Source: Laetmonice hystrix (lineage: Eukaryota). Taken from it: a stretch of DNA of 64,000 bases. This document shows, piece by piece, positions 36,601 to 48,170 of this stretch. Within the stretch, counting starts at the first letter, position 1. Every line of letters starts with the position of its first letter. Below the pieces are notes generated by a model, which ran no database searches, was not told the origin of the DNA, and saw nothing but the letters and a program-made list of their open reading frames with translations. The stretch lies in contig OZ249440.1 in assembly GCA_965235115.1 (NCBI GenBank), forward strand, positions 34,908,001 to 34,972,000, read 5' to 3'. A program made the translations under genes and the position numbers.

Positions 36601-39081
36601 AAAATGGGTCATGTTTTTCATCCTAAACCTAATGGTGCAAATCAGACATTGATATCTTTAGCCGTTTTCGAGATATCACTGATTTTTGGTTGAAAATGAC
36701 CTAAAAGGGCCAACTTTGAGGGGCCATAACATGGAAACTACTGAATTTAGGGGAGCCATCTCGGAGTCAGAGACAGTTGACCTATTATGCAATCCAATGG
36801 TGCTGAAATCGGAAATTAGGTCAACTTGGCCGCCATCTTGGATTTTTTAAATTCAGGAAAAATGGGTCATGTTTTTCATCCTAAACCTAATAGTGAAAAC
36901 CAGACATTGATATCTTTAACGGTTTTCGAGATATCACTGATTTTTGGTTGAAAATGACCTAAAAGGGCCAACTTTGAGGGGCCATAACATGAAAACTACT
37001 GAATTTAGGGGGGCCATCTCGGAGTCAGAGACAGTTGACCTATTATGCAATCCAATGGTGCTGAAATCGGAAATTAGGTCAACTTGGCCGCCATCTTGGA
37101 TTTTTCAAATTCGGTGGAAATGGGTCAAGGTTTTCATCCTAAACCTAATGGTGAAAACCAGACATTGATATCTTTAACCGTTTTCGAGATATCACTGATT
37201 TTTAGTTGAAAATGACCCAAAAGGGCCAACTTTGAGGGCCCATAACATAGAAACTACTGAATTTAGGGGAGCCATCTCGGAGTCAGAGACAGTTGACCTA
37301 TTACCCAATCCAATGGTGCTGAAATCGGAAATTAGGTCAACTTGGCCGCCATCTTGGATTTTTCAAATTTGGGGAAAATGGGTCAAGTTTTTCATCCTAA
37401 ACCTAATAGTGAAAACCAGACATTGATATCTTTAACGGTTTTCGAGATATCACTGATTTTGGTTGAAAATACCCTAAAAGGGCCAACTTTGAGGGACCAT
37501 CACATGGAAACTATTGAATTTAGGGGACCCATGTCAGTGTCAGAGACAGTTGACGTATTACCCAATTCAATGATGCAGAAATCGGAAATTAGGTCAACTT
37601 GGCCGCCATGTTGGATTTTTCAAATTTAGGGGAAAATGGGTCACGTCTTTCATCCTAAACCCAATGGTGAAAACCAGACATTGATATCTTTAACCGTTTT
37701 CGAGATATCACTGATTTTTAGTTGAAAATGACCCAAAAGGGCCAACTTTGAGGGGCCATAACATGGAAACTACTGAATTTAGGGGGGCCATCTCGGAGTC
37801 AGAGACAGTTGACCTATTATGCAATCCAATGGTGCTGAAATCGGAAATTAGGTCAACTTGGCCGCCATCTTGGATTTTTCAAATTCGGTGGAAATGGGTC
37901 AAGGTTTTCATCCTAAACCTAATGGTGAAAACCAGACATTGATATCTTTAACCGTTTTCGAGATATCACTGATTTTTAGTTGAAAATGACCCAAAAGGGC
38001 CAACTTTGAGGGGCCATAACATGGAAACTACTGAATTTAGGGGAGCCATCTCGGAGTCAGAGACAGTTGACCTATTATGCAATCCAATGGTGCTGAAATC
38101 GGAAATTAGGTCAACTTGGCCGCCATCTTGGATTTTTTAAATTCAGGAAAAATGGGTCATGTTTTTCATCCTAAACCTAATAGGGAGCGTAAGTATGTCA
38201 CGTCACAATGCGTGAATCGACGAGAAATGCGGTTTGGAGGCCCAAACTGGCGCCAGCCAAATTCCGGTTCCGTTCATTTAGCATTGGGAGGCCCATTGAA
38301 AAAACGTTCTAACTGATAACTCCAAAAATACTGTTCTCTTTGTTATCAAACTGACTATACATCAGAACCAACATCTCTTATGTCAGAAAAAATACATTTT
38401 ATACTTAAGAAATATTTAATTGTCAAAAGAAAGGCCGATGTTTGGAGAGGTGTACGCTCGCCCTATGTTAAACCAGTGGGGGATTGTGACGTAACGGAAG
38501 TTGCATGTCGCCAGCGGTCTGACCCAGTTAGACCGAACCTCGTTTTCGGTCGCGAGACTTACGCTCCCTATAGTGAAAACCAGACATTGATATCTTTAAC
38601 GGTTTTCGAGATATCACTGATTTTTGGTTGAAAATGACCTAAAAGGGCCAACTTTGAGGGGCCATAACATGAAAACTACTGAATTTAGGGAGGCCATCTC
38701 GGAGTCAGAGACAGTTGACCTATTATGCAATCCAATGGTGCTGAAATCGGAAATTAGGTCAACTTGGCCGCCATCTTGGATTTTTCAAATTCGGTGGAAA
38801 TGGGTCAAGGTTTTCATCCTAAACCTAATGGTGAAAACCAGACATTGATATCTTTAACCGTTTTCGAGATATCACTGATTTTTAGTTGAAAATGACCCAA
38901 AAGGGCCAACTTTGAGGGCCCATAACATAGAAACTACTGAATTTAGGGGAGCCATCTCGGAGTCAGAGACAGTTGACCTATTACCCAATCCAATGGTGCT
39001 GAAATCGGAAATTAGGTCAACTTGGCCGCCATCTTGGATTTTTCAAATTCGTGGGAAATCGGTCAAATCCTGAACCCAATG
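30691..39081. repeat. 258-bp satellite array, about 31 monomers, 1290-bp higher-order repeat
   Basis: Divergent monomer at about 31021, 32311, 33601, 34891, 36181 and 37471. Confidence 0.95.
38182..38569. mobile_element. 388-bp MITE inserted in a satellite monomer (PHIS group, ISL2EU-like by TSD)
   Basis: 13-bp TIR AGGGAGCGTAAGT / ACTTACGCTCCCT. The empty site CCTAATAGTG in sister monomers implies a 2-bp AT TSD. Confidence 0.85.
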
Positions 39082-40081
39082 GTAAAATTCCGAAAGATAT
39101 CACCTTCACTCTATTTTCAGTTGTTACCCGTGAAGAAAGCATTTTAGTAGTCTGTACCACAAATTGTAATTTTGGGCCATCGTACTTTTGTGAGTAGTAC
39201 CTACAAATGGTGAATGATATCAGGCTTTTTTAGCTTGTAAATTGAGTAATACTCCTTTCTTGCAATTTTACTCATCTTTGAGGTCACGTGACTCCCTTAA
39301 TATAGGTCAAATCGCTCATCTCAAAACGTTCCTGTACTGAGGCCACTAATGTCCTTGCTTGAGTTCAGTTTTATGGAATTTCTTCAAAATTTGTGGGACT
39401 AGTAGGGATTTAAGTAACTGCAACATTTTGACCTTAGTGTCATATAGGTCAAAGGTCAAAGGTCAAATTGACCAAACAAAATTTAGGGGATCATGTCCCA
39501 ATAACAATGGTATGAGTTGTTTAAAAAAAATCTTCATTTTCAATGAAATATTGGCCTTTATATATGGAACCATTAGTACGTCATAACTCCATGACGTTAC
39601 GTCATATGACGTCATAACTCATTTGCATAGTAGAGAATCCCAGTACCTATCTCCCCACCAAGTTTCATTAAGATATCTTAAAAAATGACCAAAATACGAC
39701 CATGGGTTAACGACTACTACTACTACTACACCCTACATGTATAATAATAATAGGGAAGATGAAACCATACAACTTCAAGATCCCATCCCCTTCAGGGGGG
39801 ATGGGATAATAATAGGGAAGATGAAACCATACAACTTCAAGATCCCATCCCCTTCAGGGGGGATGGGATAATTACTTGACGGTATCCCAACCACATACAC
39901 AATTGGTTCTATATGATGTCATCTCCATCTGCCTTACAACGGATTCCCACTTGTTTTTTTTTAACCATGACAACCGCATAAACAATTACTAATGACGCGC
40001 TTCCATATGACATCACACCCATACAATCTCAACAGTCACTATTCCGTTAGAATCAAATACTCGTTGGGGATAGAGGTGAAT

Positions 40082-40369
40082 ATGGAGGCCAAGGAGTTTT
40101 TTACTTCCCACAAGACACAACTGCTGGCAAAACTCAATGCAGTAGCCATCGTGAATGCTCTACGGGGTGAAAACATTCTCACGGAGGAGCAGAGTGCAAC
40201 CATTCAAGTGCAGAAATTTATCAAAGTTATGAAAGCCAATCCAGCCATGTTTGCTGCATTTCAAAGAAACCTAGCCACGACTCAGAAGGAACTGCATGAG
40301 GAGCTCTTCCCGGTCCCATGTTTGGATGGTGCCGGGGATGGTGCATCATGGTGCAGGGATGAGGCATAA
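40082..40369 (+). pseudogene. Possible CARD/death-fold-like small ORF or exon
   Basis: FFTSHKTQLLAKLNAVAIVNALRGENILTEEQSATIQ...FAAFQRNLATTQKELHEELF follows the CARD helical pattern, apparently missing part of the middle. Confidence 0.45.
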
Positions 40370-40414
40370 AGAGGGCCAATAGGCATCACAATAAAATTTT
40401 AATTCAGATCCAAA

Positions 40415-41215
40415 ATGGCGACATGGCGGCCATATTTGTTTCTTGACCCCCACAATGACACTGTTTTGGCTTATATCTCGAAAACGGTGCAAGATGACGC
40501 AATAGTTACTATTATTGATAGATAGGAAGTCATATATGACGTTTCATTTGGCGCCATTTTCGATGACCTTGAGCGACCTTGAAAGGTCAATCAAGGTCAT
40601 GCATATTTTCAATAGCCTGGATCTTCAAAACAGTTGAAAATAACGACATAATCTTGCATGAAACATTACATAATGATCCGGGACAGTCCACGGATGAGGC
40701 AGGTCAAAGATACTTTTGACATCAATCAAAATGGCCGCGTGGTGGCCATCTTGGATCTAAACACATTTGGAACAATAACTCAGAGAAAACGATCCCGATT
40801 TCTTTCAAATTTGGTGGAAAGAAGGTGTTTATGAGGGGCAATGTATATGCCAATGTATTGCCAGATCAGAGCAAATATGGCGACATGGCGGCCATATTAA
40901 TATTTTACTCCCCCCCATAACACTGTTTTGGCTCATATCTCGAAAACGGTGCAAGATAAGGCAATAGTTATTATTATTGACAGATAGGAAGTCATATTTG
41001 AAGTTTCATTTGGCGCCATTTTCGATGACCTTGAGCGACCTTGAAAGGTCAGTCAAGGTCATGCATATTTTAATAGCCTGTACCTCCAAACCAGTTGAAG
41101 ATAACAACATCTAATCTTGCATGAAACATTACATAATAACCAGGGACAGTCTAAGGAGGACACAGGTCAAATATATCATTAAAAATGGCTGCTTGGTGGC
41201 CATCTTGGATTTAAA
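40415..41215. repeat. Degenerate ~460-bp direct repeat pair (GACCTTGAGCGACCTTGAAAGGTCA family), probable relic of another satellite-carrying element
   Basis: 40415-40760 is similar to 40877-41215, with several GGCCATCTTGG motifs. Confidence 0.65.
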
Positions 41216-42189
41216 GAAATTCGAAGAAATTTTCTGGATTTTGTTCTTGCCGATAGAATGCATGAGGGGCAACAAGCGTGCCAAAGGTACGCATAGTTCC
41301 TGGACCCACAGATAATTTGTCCCTACTCAGCAGATAAATAACTGCATAGTTATTGCAGACAGAGTGCATCTTCACGCCGGATAACGCTATCAAGCTGTAC
41401 ATAACTGCATAGAACTTTACTAAGATGCAAACGAAGTACATACGAAGTTTCATTTGACAATATCTCCTTTGCCCTTCAAAGATCAATTGAAGTCGTGCAT
41501 CGTTTTTTCAAGAACCCATCGTTTGTGGTGGGGGCTATAAGCTTCACAAGCTTGTTCTATATAGAAAAGTCAGTTTGGAGGATTTTTCATGATGTGGCGA
41601 CGTGATATTCAAAGAACCTATAACAGGCGACAAACATACATCCTTTTAACCCTCCACGGGTGACATAACATAACCCACGGGAAACTAAGAACTATTGTAA
41701 TTTATAACGAGAAACCCATTACACCAGGTGGACACAAGTCGTTTTGACACACATGCAGGAAACACCAAACACATAGCACACAGAAAACACCAACTACGAA
41801 ATTCACTTGTCACGGTATAACTTTGGCGACAACAGTTCATCATTCCATGTGAGAGGAACATTCATTTCACCTTTGGAGGTCAGTGGAGTACCTAGCAAAG
41901 AAGTCATTTCAGGTGAATGGTATTTTGGGAGTAGATATCCTCAGAGCCCACAAAGGTCAGATTGACTTAGAAAATGACCAGGTTAGATAGGATGGTATCT
42001 GGGTTTCCTGTTCTGATGTTGTTGCTAGTGTCGTCGTGACAGCCGAGAGTGTCACTATAGAACCAGGGTCAGTTGCTTCTCTAGCCGTTACTCTACCTAG
42101 TTTAGACAGTGAGATGTCCATGGCAAGCTTAGTGCAGCCACTAGCAGAGTTTCAGGAAGAAAATAATTTATTGGATCAGGAGAAACAGG

Positions 42190-44453
42190 ATCAGGAGTTC
42201 TTATGGGCAAAACAGCATGAAGAAGCCTGGGAAGCTTTAAAGAAGAGAATTTCAAGCCCACCGTGCCTCAAGTACTTTGATGTAGATGAAGGATGCGAGT
42301 TAGAGACAGACGCATCGGAATACGGCATGGGAGCAGTGATAATGCAGCAAGGACGCCCCGTTGCGTATGCAAGTCGTACACTTACCGAGACAGAACGCAG
42401 GTACTCTCAGCTGGAGAAGGAGTGCTTAGCACTAGTCTTTGGGTGTCAAAGATTTGATCAGTATCTGATGGGAAAAGACAGCATCACAGCTCACTGTGAT
42501 CACAAGCCACTTGAGGTGATACTGGCTAAACCTATAAACGTAGCCCCAAGCGGATACAACGAATGATGCTCAGGCTACAGAGGTACCACCTGGTTGTGAA
42601 ATACAGGAAAGGATCACAGATGTTTATCAGCGACCACCTATCAAGAAGACCCTTGAGGACACCGCAGCAGGACCACAAATCAGAATATGAGATCTTCACG
42701 CTGGCCGCGGAGGTCCATCTCAATGAGGAGATCGAGGACACCAACAGTGCGATCTATCACAATGTCAGCGATGTAACACTGGAGAAAGTGAGGAAAGCGA
42801 CAGAAGAGGAACCAATACTCCAGGCATTAGCGGCAACGATAGGAAAAGGATTCCCAGATGACAAGTCATACCTGGAAACAGACGTCAGGCAGTATTGGCC
42901 ATACAGAGATGAGTTATCAGTGGAGAACGGAGTAATCTATCGTGGAGTGAGAGTGCTTGTACCCGCCAACCCGGCACGAGACAGCATATACTGGCCTACG
43001 ATTCACAAGGATGTTACAGCCATGTGTGAAGGATGCCAGGCATGTCAGACACACAAGCCCAACAACTGCCGTGAGCCCATGAAGAGTCAACCCATACCAA
43101 CGAGACGTTGGCAAGTGTGTTCCGCTGATCTATTCACGATTCATAACAAGGATTACATCATTGTAGTGGACAACTTGACGAGATTCTTCGAGATGGAGGA
43201 GATGCCAGACACAGCAGCCCAGACGACCATCATGAAAGTCAAGGCAATCCTAGCAAGAAATGGAATCTGTGAGCTACTAATCAGCGATTATGGGCCACAA
43301 TTCGTAAACAAGGACTTCATCAAGTTCGCCAGGGATTGGAACTTTAGGCATCACACTAGTGATCCGCACCATCCAAAAGGGAACGGTACTGCAGAAGCGG
43401 CGGTCAAAACAGCGAAAGCTATACTCAAGAAGAGCACGGATCTATTTCTAGGGCTCTTGGAACATCGGAATACACCAGACATCAATGGCTACTCGCCGTC
43501 ACAGAAGCTTAACAGTAGGAAACTGAAAACACCATTACCAGTGAAATCAAGCCAGCTCAGACCAGTCATCACTCCTATTGAAGAAATTGTTGCGGCTTCA
43601 GTCAGATCAAAACGGCGCAATAAGGAGCAGTACGACAGACGAGCAAAACCCCTACCGAAGCTCTCAGCTGGGGACAAGGTACGTGTAAAACTCAGACCAT
43701 CCAAGAATAAGGAGTGGTCTCTCGGAACAGTGACGCAAGACGACTCGTCTTATGTCATAGATGTCGATGGACGGGAGTATAGACGGAACAGAGTTCATGC
43801 ACGAGAATGCAGGGACAGGACAGAGACGACAAACCCCCAGCGTATAGCAGGAGTGCAGATGCCAGCTCTTGTGAATGCACCAGCTGAACACCAGATGAAC
43901 AGTCACAGCAGACGACGCACACTCGGTCAGGCAGACGAGTCAAGGTGCCAAGTCGCCTGAAAGACTTTGTAACTTAAAACAGGTCAGAATAATACCTGAG
44001 ACAAGGGTGAGGCAGTCTACCCGATGAACCCTTATTTAGACCAAAAGAACCGTATACCGTCCATGCAAACTGAGTCAGCATACGGATTTACAGATCCACG
44101 TGTAGTTTAGAGTTAAGCTTTGTATTGCTAGTTTGGTTACTATATTTGTTGGACATGCAAAACAAAAGACTGGAAGACTGCAGTATCTGCTGATAGGCCA
44201 GCTAGAACAGTGTCATCAGTCAAATTACATTACTTAAATTTAAGTAACTCGCAAAAGGAAACAAGGAGACTAAATTATTAGTCGTGACATTCACTCATGT
44301 TTTATTCAAAGTAAAGTAAGGGAGATGTAATACAGAGCTACAACATGTATGCCATCCTGCAGGTTAATACCTGATATTACCAATAAAGCAGTTGACCTAT
44401 GGGTGTTGCCTAGCACGAGGTCTTGGAGTGATGCTGCATCAGAGCGTTATACA
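42190..44453 (+). mobile_element. Ty3/Gypsy LTR retrotransposon, 3' part (RNase H, integrase, PPT, 3' LTR), decayed
   Basis: LETDASEYGMGAV, PVAYASRTLTETERRYSQLEKECLALVFG, DHKPL. Integrase ADLF, ISDYGPQF, HPKGNGTAEAAVK. Frameshift near 42550. Confidence 0.92.
44326..44453 (+). repeat. Putative short 3' LTR
   Basis: Polypurine tract AAAGTAAAGTAAGGGAGA, then TGTAATA...TTATACA with an internal AATAAA. No second copy in the window. Confidence 0.6.
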
Positions 44454-45198
44454 AGCAGCAGGAGGGCAGGCCTGCTCAAGCTTCCCGGGAAGGTCCAATC
44501 TTATTTGCTGAACACTTGCATCAGAGCAGGGCTTAGCGTTAATTGCCAACCAGCCAGCCTGCAAAACAGAGAAGATTGAGGGGAAAGAATATGGTGCTAC
44601 AAAATACTGCCATCACTCTGTGGTCAAGACGTAGACTTGCAAAATTATGTGACTGGGTTTGTCAACAATCACAGTGTGTTATGGCACTTGACATCTAAAG
44701 TTCACAAGTCTGGAGAGGATTTTGCCTAGAAGGGTGCCAACTCTCTACAGAGCCTCTCAACACTGCCAGTGGCAGTACTGCCCCAACTCAACCAAAGATT
44801 AAGACCACCTTGCATCACCAAGCCAGATATGCATACAGGCGAGAATGCATTAGGTTTTATTCATAGGCATTGACAGTTTTTCAGTTCTAGTCTGTAAACC
44901 TTGGTTTATTATCAACACTGTAGTTGGTCATATGTATCCAGTGGGTGACTTTAAAGTTGGTATCTGTGTCATGTTGACACCAGCTGGAACGCTAGATGTT
45001 GAACTGAACTGCAGCTGGTGTTTATTATGGCAAGTTCCAATGGTCTTTCCTATTAGTGGTAAAACTAATCCCCTGGGGGTTAACACCGGACAGATTTTAA
45101 AGTACCTGCCCATAATCTTGTGTTTGCCACCATGTAATTTTGTAGCAGCTCAAGAGGTTGTTGTGGGAATAATAGTGAGACAAGTCTCAAGGATTTCC

Positions 45199-45405
45199 TA
45201 GCAATGTTAGACCAGGAGTGATTTTAGAGTTTTTGTCAGAGGCTGGACTTCTGACTCTTTTATAGATGTCTTTTGGTGGTGTTCCCGTTGGGACCCGGGG
45301 TAAAATAGGTTCCTTTGGTTTTATGGTCTTTTAACTCAGTTTTCGCCTTGAAGATGGCCGCGGATGCCGATACGGCGCAAAACCACCACGACTCACTCAC
45401 TCACT
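45199..45405 (+). mobile_element. LINE 3' end fragment (UTR B, tail)
   Basis: Matches 14992-15198. Confidence 0.9.
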
Positions 45406-45629
45406 GTTGCGGGAATAGTTGATGATAGGGCAGCTGAATGTGAGGAGCCAGGACAGAATCACATGAGGTTGAGGGAGGACCAAATAGATATCGTGGCAAT
45501 TTCATGCAAGAAGAAGAGAAAGAACCCCACATGCCTCGGAGTCTGCATCAAACAGAAGAATGGAAATGTTCCTGACTTACCTGGCGTCAGGGGGATACTA
45601 TATGGGGCGCCGTTTTCACATTTATTCCT

Positions 45630-46025
45630 ATTTAGAGATATCATTAAATGAATTTTTGATATCTCTAATTCATTTCTTGATATCACTAAATCATTTCTTG
45701 ATATCATTAAATATTTAATGATATCAAGAAATAATTTGAGATATCAAAAAAGAATTAGTGATGAAAGAAATAAATGAATTAGCGATATCAGAAATAGAGT
45801 TAGTGATATCAGAAATAGAATTAGAGATATCACTAATTAAATTAGAGATATCAAAAATTGAATTGCCGATATCAATAAATGGATTAATGATATCGCTAAA
45901 TGCCTTTCTTTTTTTGATATCTCTAATTCAATTTTTGATATCATTAATTCAATTTCTGATATCGTTAAATCATTTAGTGATATCATTAATTCAGTTTTTG
46001 ATATCTCTAATTCAATTTCTATCAT
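45630..46025. repeat. AT-rich ~21-bp minisatellite with GATATC cores in both orientations
   Basis: GATATC recurs about every 21 bp and the orientation of the flanks switches within the array. Confidence 0.8.
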
Positions 46026-47019
46026 AGATTCCTTTTTCGGGCTAATTAAGCTAATTACACTAATTGCCCAACATATACAAATTAGCATGCGACGGTTTCC
46101 GAGTCCCCACACGTCATAGATCACATTTCCATCAAAATACCTTAGGGTACTCAACATTTCTGGGTTCCCCTACCTGGCTACTAGACTATAAGCACAAACA
46201 TTGCTTTTTGTTCAATCTTGACTTGGTTTATATATGAATAAATCAATATTAACTGAATTTATTTTATCTTTCTATGATATCACTCAAACTCACAGGCATT
46301 GATCCAAATCAGCACCAAAAAAATCTGATTTGAATAAAAAAAATCGATTTAAAATTTTAAAAAATCTGATTTTTTTATTTAAAAAAATTATGATTTTTAA
46401 CAACCCTGGTGCAAAGAAAATTACTTTTCTCACAAACTGCCTTAGAGTGACAAGTGGTTTGCAGTGATCTTGGCAATTCAATAAAAGTCTTTGATAATGA
46501 AGTGTGTTCCGTCATTCCATCAAGGACCACCCTTCATTTGTAGTGGCGTAATACAAACATTATCAGTATTTGGTAGTCTGTGAAACATTCGGATTTCATG
46601 TATTTTTTACTGGGGCGTGTGTCTCTCTCGCTATCCCAGAACACAGTTTTTCTCAATTTGACAGGTTCATCAGCAAAAGAGAGGAAAGAAGGAGGAGTTA
46701 TTATAGATCGAAATTGGCCACTTGAAAGACTGGAGAAGATGATAATGGAGCTGTACCCAGACAAACCCTTAGGTAATGTATGGTGTATATATAACAAGTA
46801 TAAATAACATACTAATATATATAAGTACTGTATAAATAACATACTAATAACATATAATGACAACTGATAATACATAACAGATATATGGAGATACATTGGC
46901 CAAAATTCCATGGGTATAACTTATAGTACTGCCTTATTAGGTGGAGACAACAAGGCCCACAGAGTCCTAGACCACGAGTTCCCTCCCACACCCACTCGAT
47001 GCAGGATTCTAGATTAACC

Positions 47020-47432
47020 CATCTTCACGGCGAAAACAATGTTAAAAGACCATGAAATGAAAGGAACCTATTTTATCCCGGGCCCCAACGGGAATATTAT
47101 TAAAACACACTCCATCCTGTCAGCCCAACCAGGCTATCGACGAGCCTGAACTATAAAAGAATCAGAAGTCCAGCTTCTGACAAAAACTCTAAAATCACTC
47201 CTGGTCTGACATTGTTAAAAAGATCCTTAAGACTTGTCTTACTATAAAACCGTTGTCTGATCAGAGTAAAATCACCACACTCAAGTAAAAGATGCTTCAG
47301 TGTCAAAGGACACTGACAGCCATGACACTCTGGAGGTGGCTCCCCCTTCAATGAAAACACGTGGGTTAATCTAGAATGACCAATCCTGCATCAAGTATAA
47401 ACAATTTTATGCCTACGTTGGGTTAGGCCGTG
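47020..47432 (-). mobile_element. LINE 3' fragment (UTR type A), tail missing
   Basis: Reverse complement of about 2070-2474; ORF LKGEPPPECHGCQCPLTLKH. Confidence 0.9.
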
Positions 47433-48170
47433 AAGAGCTCAAATAAACAAGTTTTCATTTGAAGGTTGTAAAATGTTTTGAAATGATGCACCTTTCTGTT
47501 TCCTTTGGGAAAGAAAACCACTTCAGGGGTGCATTTCTATAAAGCCCAAAAGACTCTTTGAGACCCTCGCTGAACCCAAAGAGACCCAAAGGTGGTGTTT
47601 CTATAACACTCTATTCTTTAACACTGGTCCCGAAAAGACTTCTTTTGATTTTGAAAGACTCTTTGCACAAAGACATCTTTCCTTACAGAAACGCACCCCA
47701 GATGAGAGTGTGTTCCTGTGTAGTTAGGACATTCCCATGCTCGGCACTCTGTCCCATATCCAAATGGAAACAGACTTCTCCGTCGCTTGGTACCAGGATG
47801 TATACCGTTCCATACGCATGGTCGGGTAATTGTATAAAGAACAATGAACAACCAAAAAAATGCTGATCAACATGTATTTTAAAGCCATCATTTGCCAAAT
47901 TTAAGAACAAGGCTTGTAGCTGCCATGTACAGGAAATTACATTTTCGTCCTTCTAATTTAAAAAAAAAATCGAGGGAAAAGTACAGGTTAGATAATTGTG
48001 CCCACCCGTCTGTGAAAGATCCATAGCCATGACCTTGTCCCTACCCCGTAAACTGGTCTCTACATCTCCCGAAACATTCTTATATATCCCTATTCTGTGT
48101 CGTGGCAGATTCAGGACCCCCTGGCCCACCTTCCTATTTCCGTTCTTTAAAATAATACGTGTTATGGCAG

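Larger units (their letters stand above)
30057..39807 (-). mobile_element. Second, complete Helentron/HINE copy nested inside the first
   Basis: Flanking modules nearly identical to the outer copy (offset 5690 bp at the left end) and it has its own terminal palindrome at 39780-39807. Confidence 0.8.
24367..39869 (-). mobile_element. Helentron/HINE (DINE-1-like) non-autonomous rolling-circle element, outer copy (24367-30056 plus 39808-39869)
   Basis: On the minus strand: terminal palindrome ATCCCATCCCC..GGGGATGGGAT, (TAT)n/(TAG)n microsatellite, central tandem array, sub-terminal GGGGATGGGAT, hairpin CATGTGGC-CCCT-GCCACATG, CTAG end. Inserted at TT/AA. Confidence 0.8.

Noticed and set aside
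25093..38848. Dozens of 64-95 aa ORFs in the satellite
   Set aside because: They are incidental open frames of the 258-bp monomer, mostly with TTG starts, broken in sister monomers and with no domain signal.
25001..39081. CRISPR-like periodic array
   Set aside because: Whole monomers repeat with no unique spacers and no cas genes, in a eukaryotic context.
41820..42185. Retroviral-type protease remnant upstream of the Gypsy pol
   Set aside because: Only a weak ILGVDIL-like motif with stops, and it cannot be linked to the downstream element.
44490..44875. Possible degenerate HECT C-lobe (YVTGF, LPVAST-like)
   Set aside because: Too fragmentary across frames to support.
45459..46157. ISLI/EISK repeat proteins resembling leucine zippers
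   Set aside because: They are translations of the 21-bp GATATC minisatellite on both strands.
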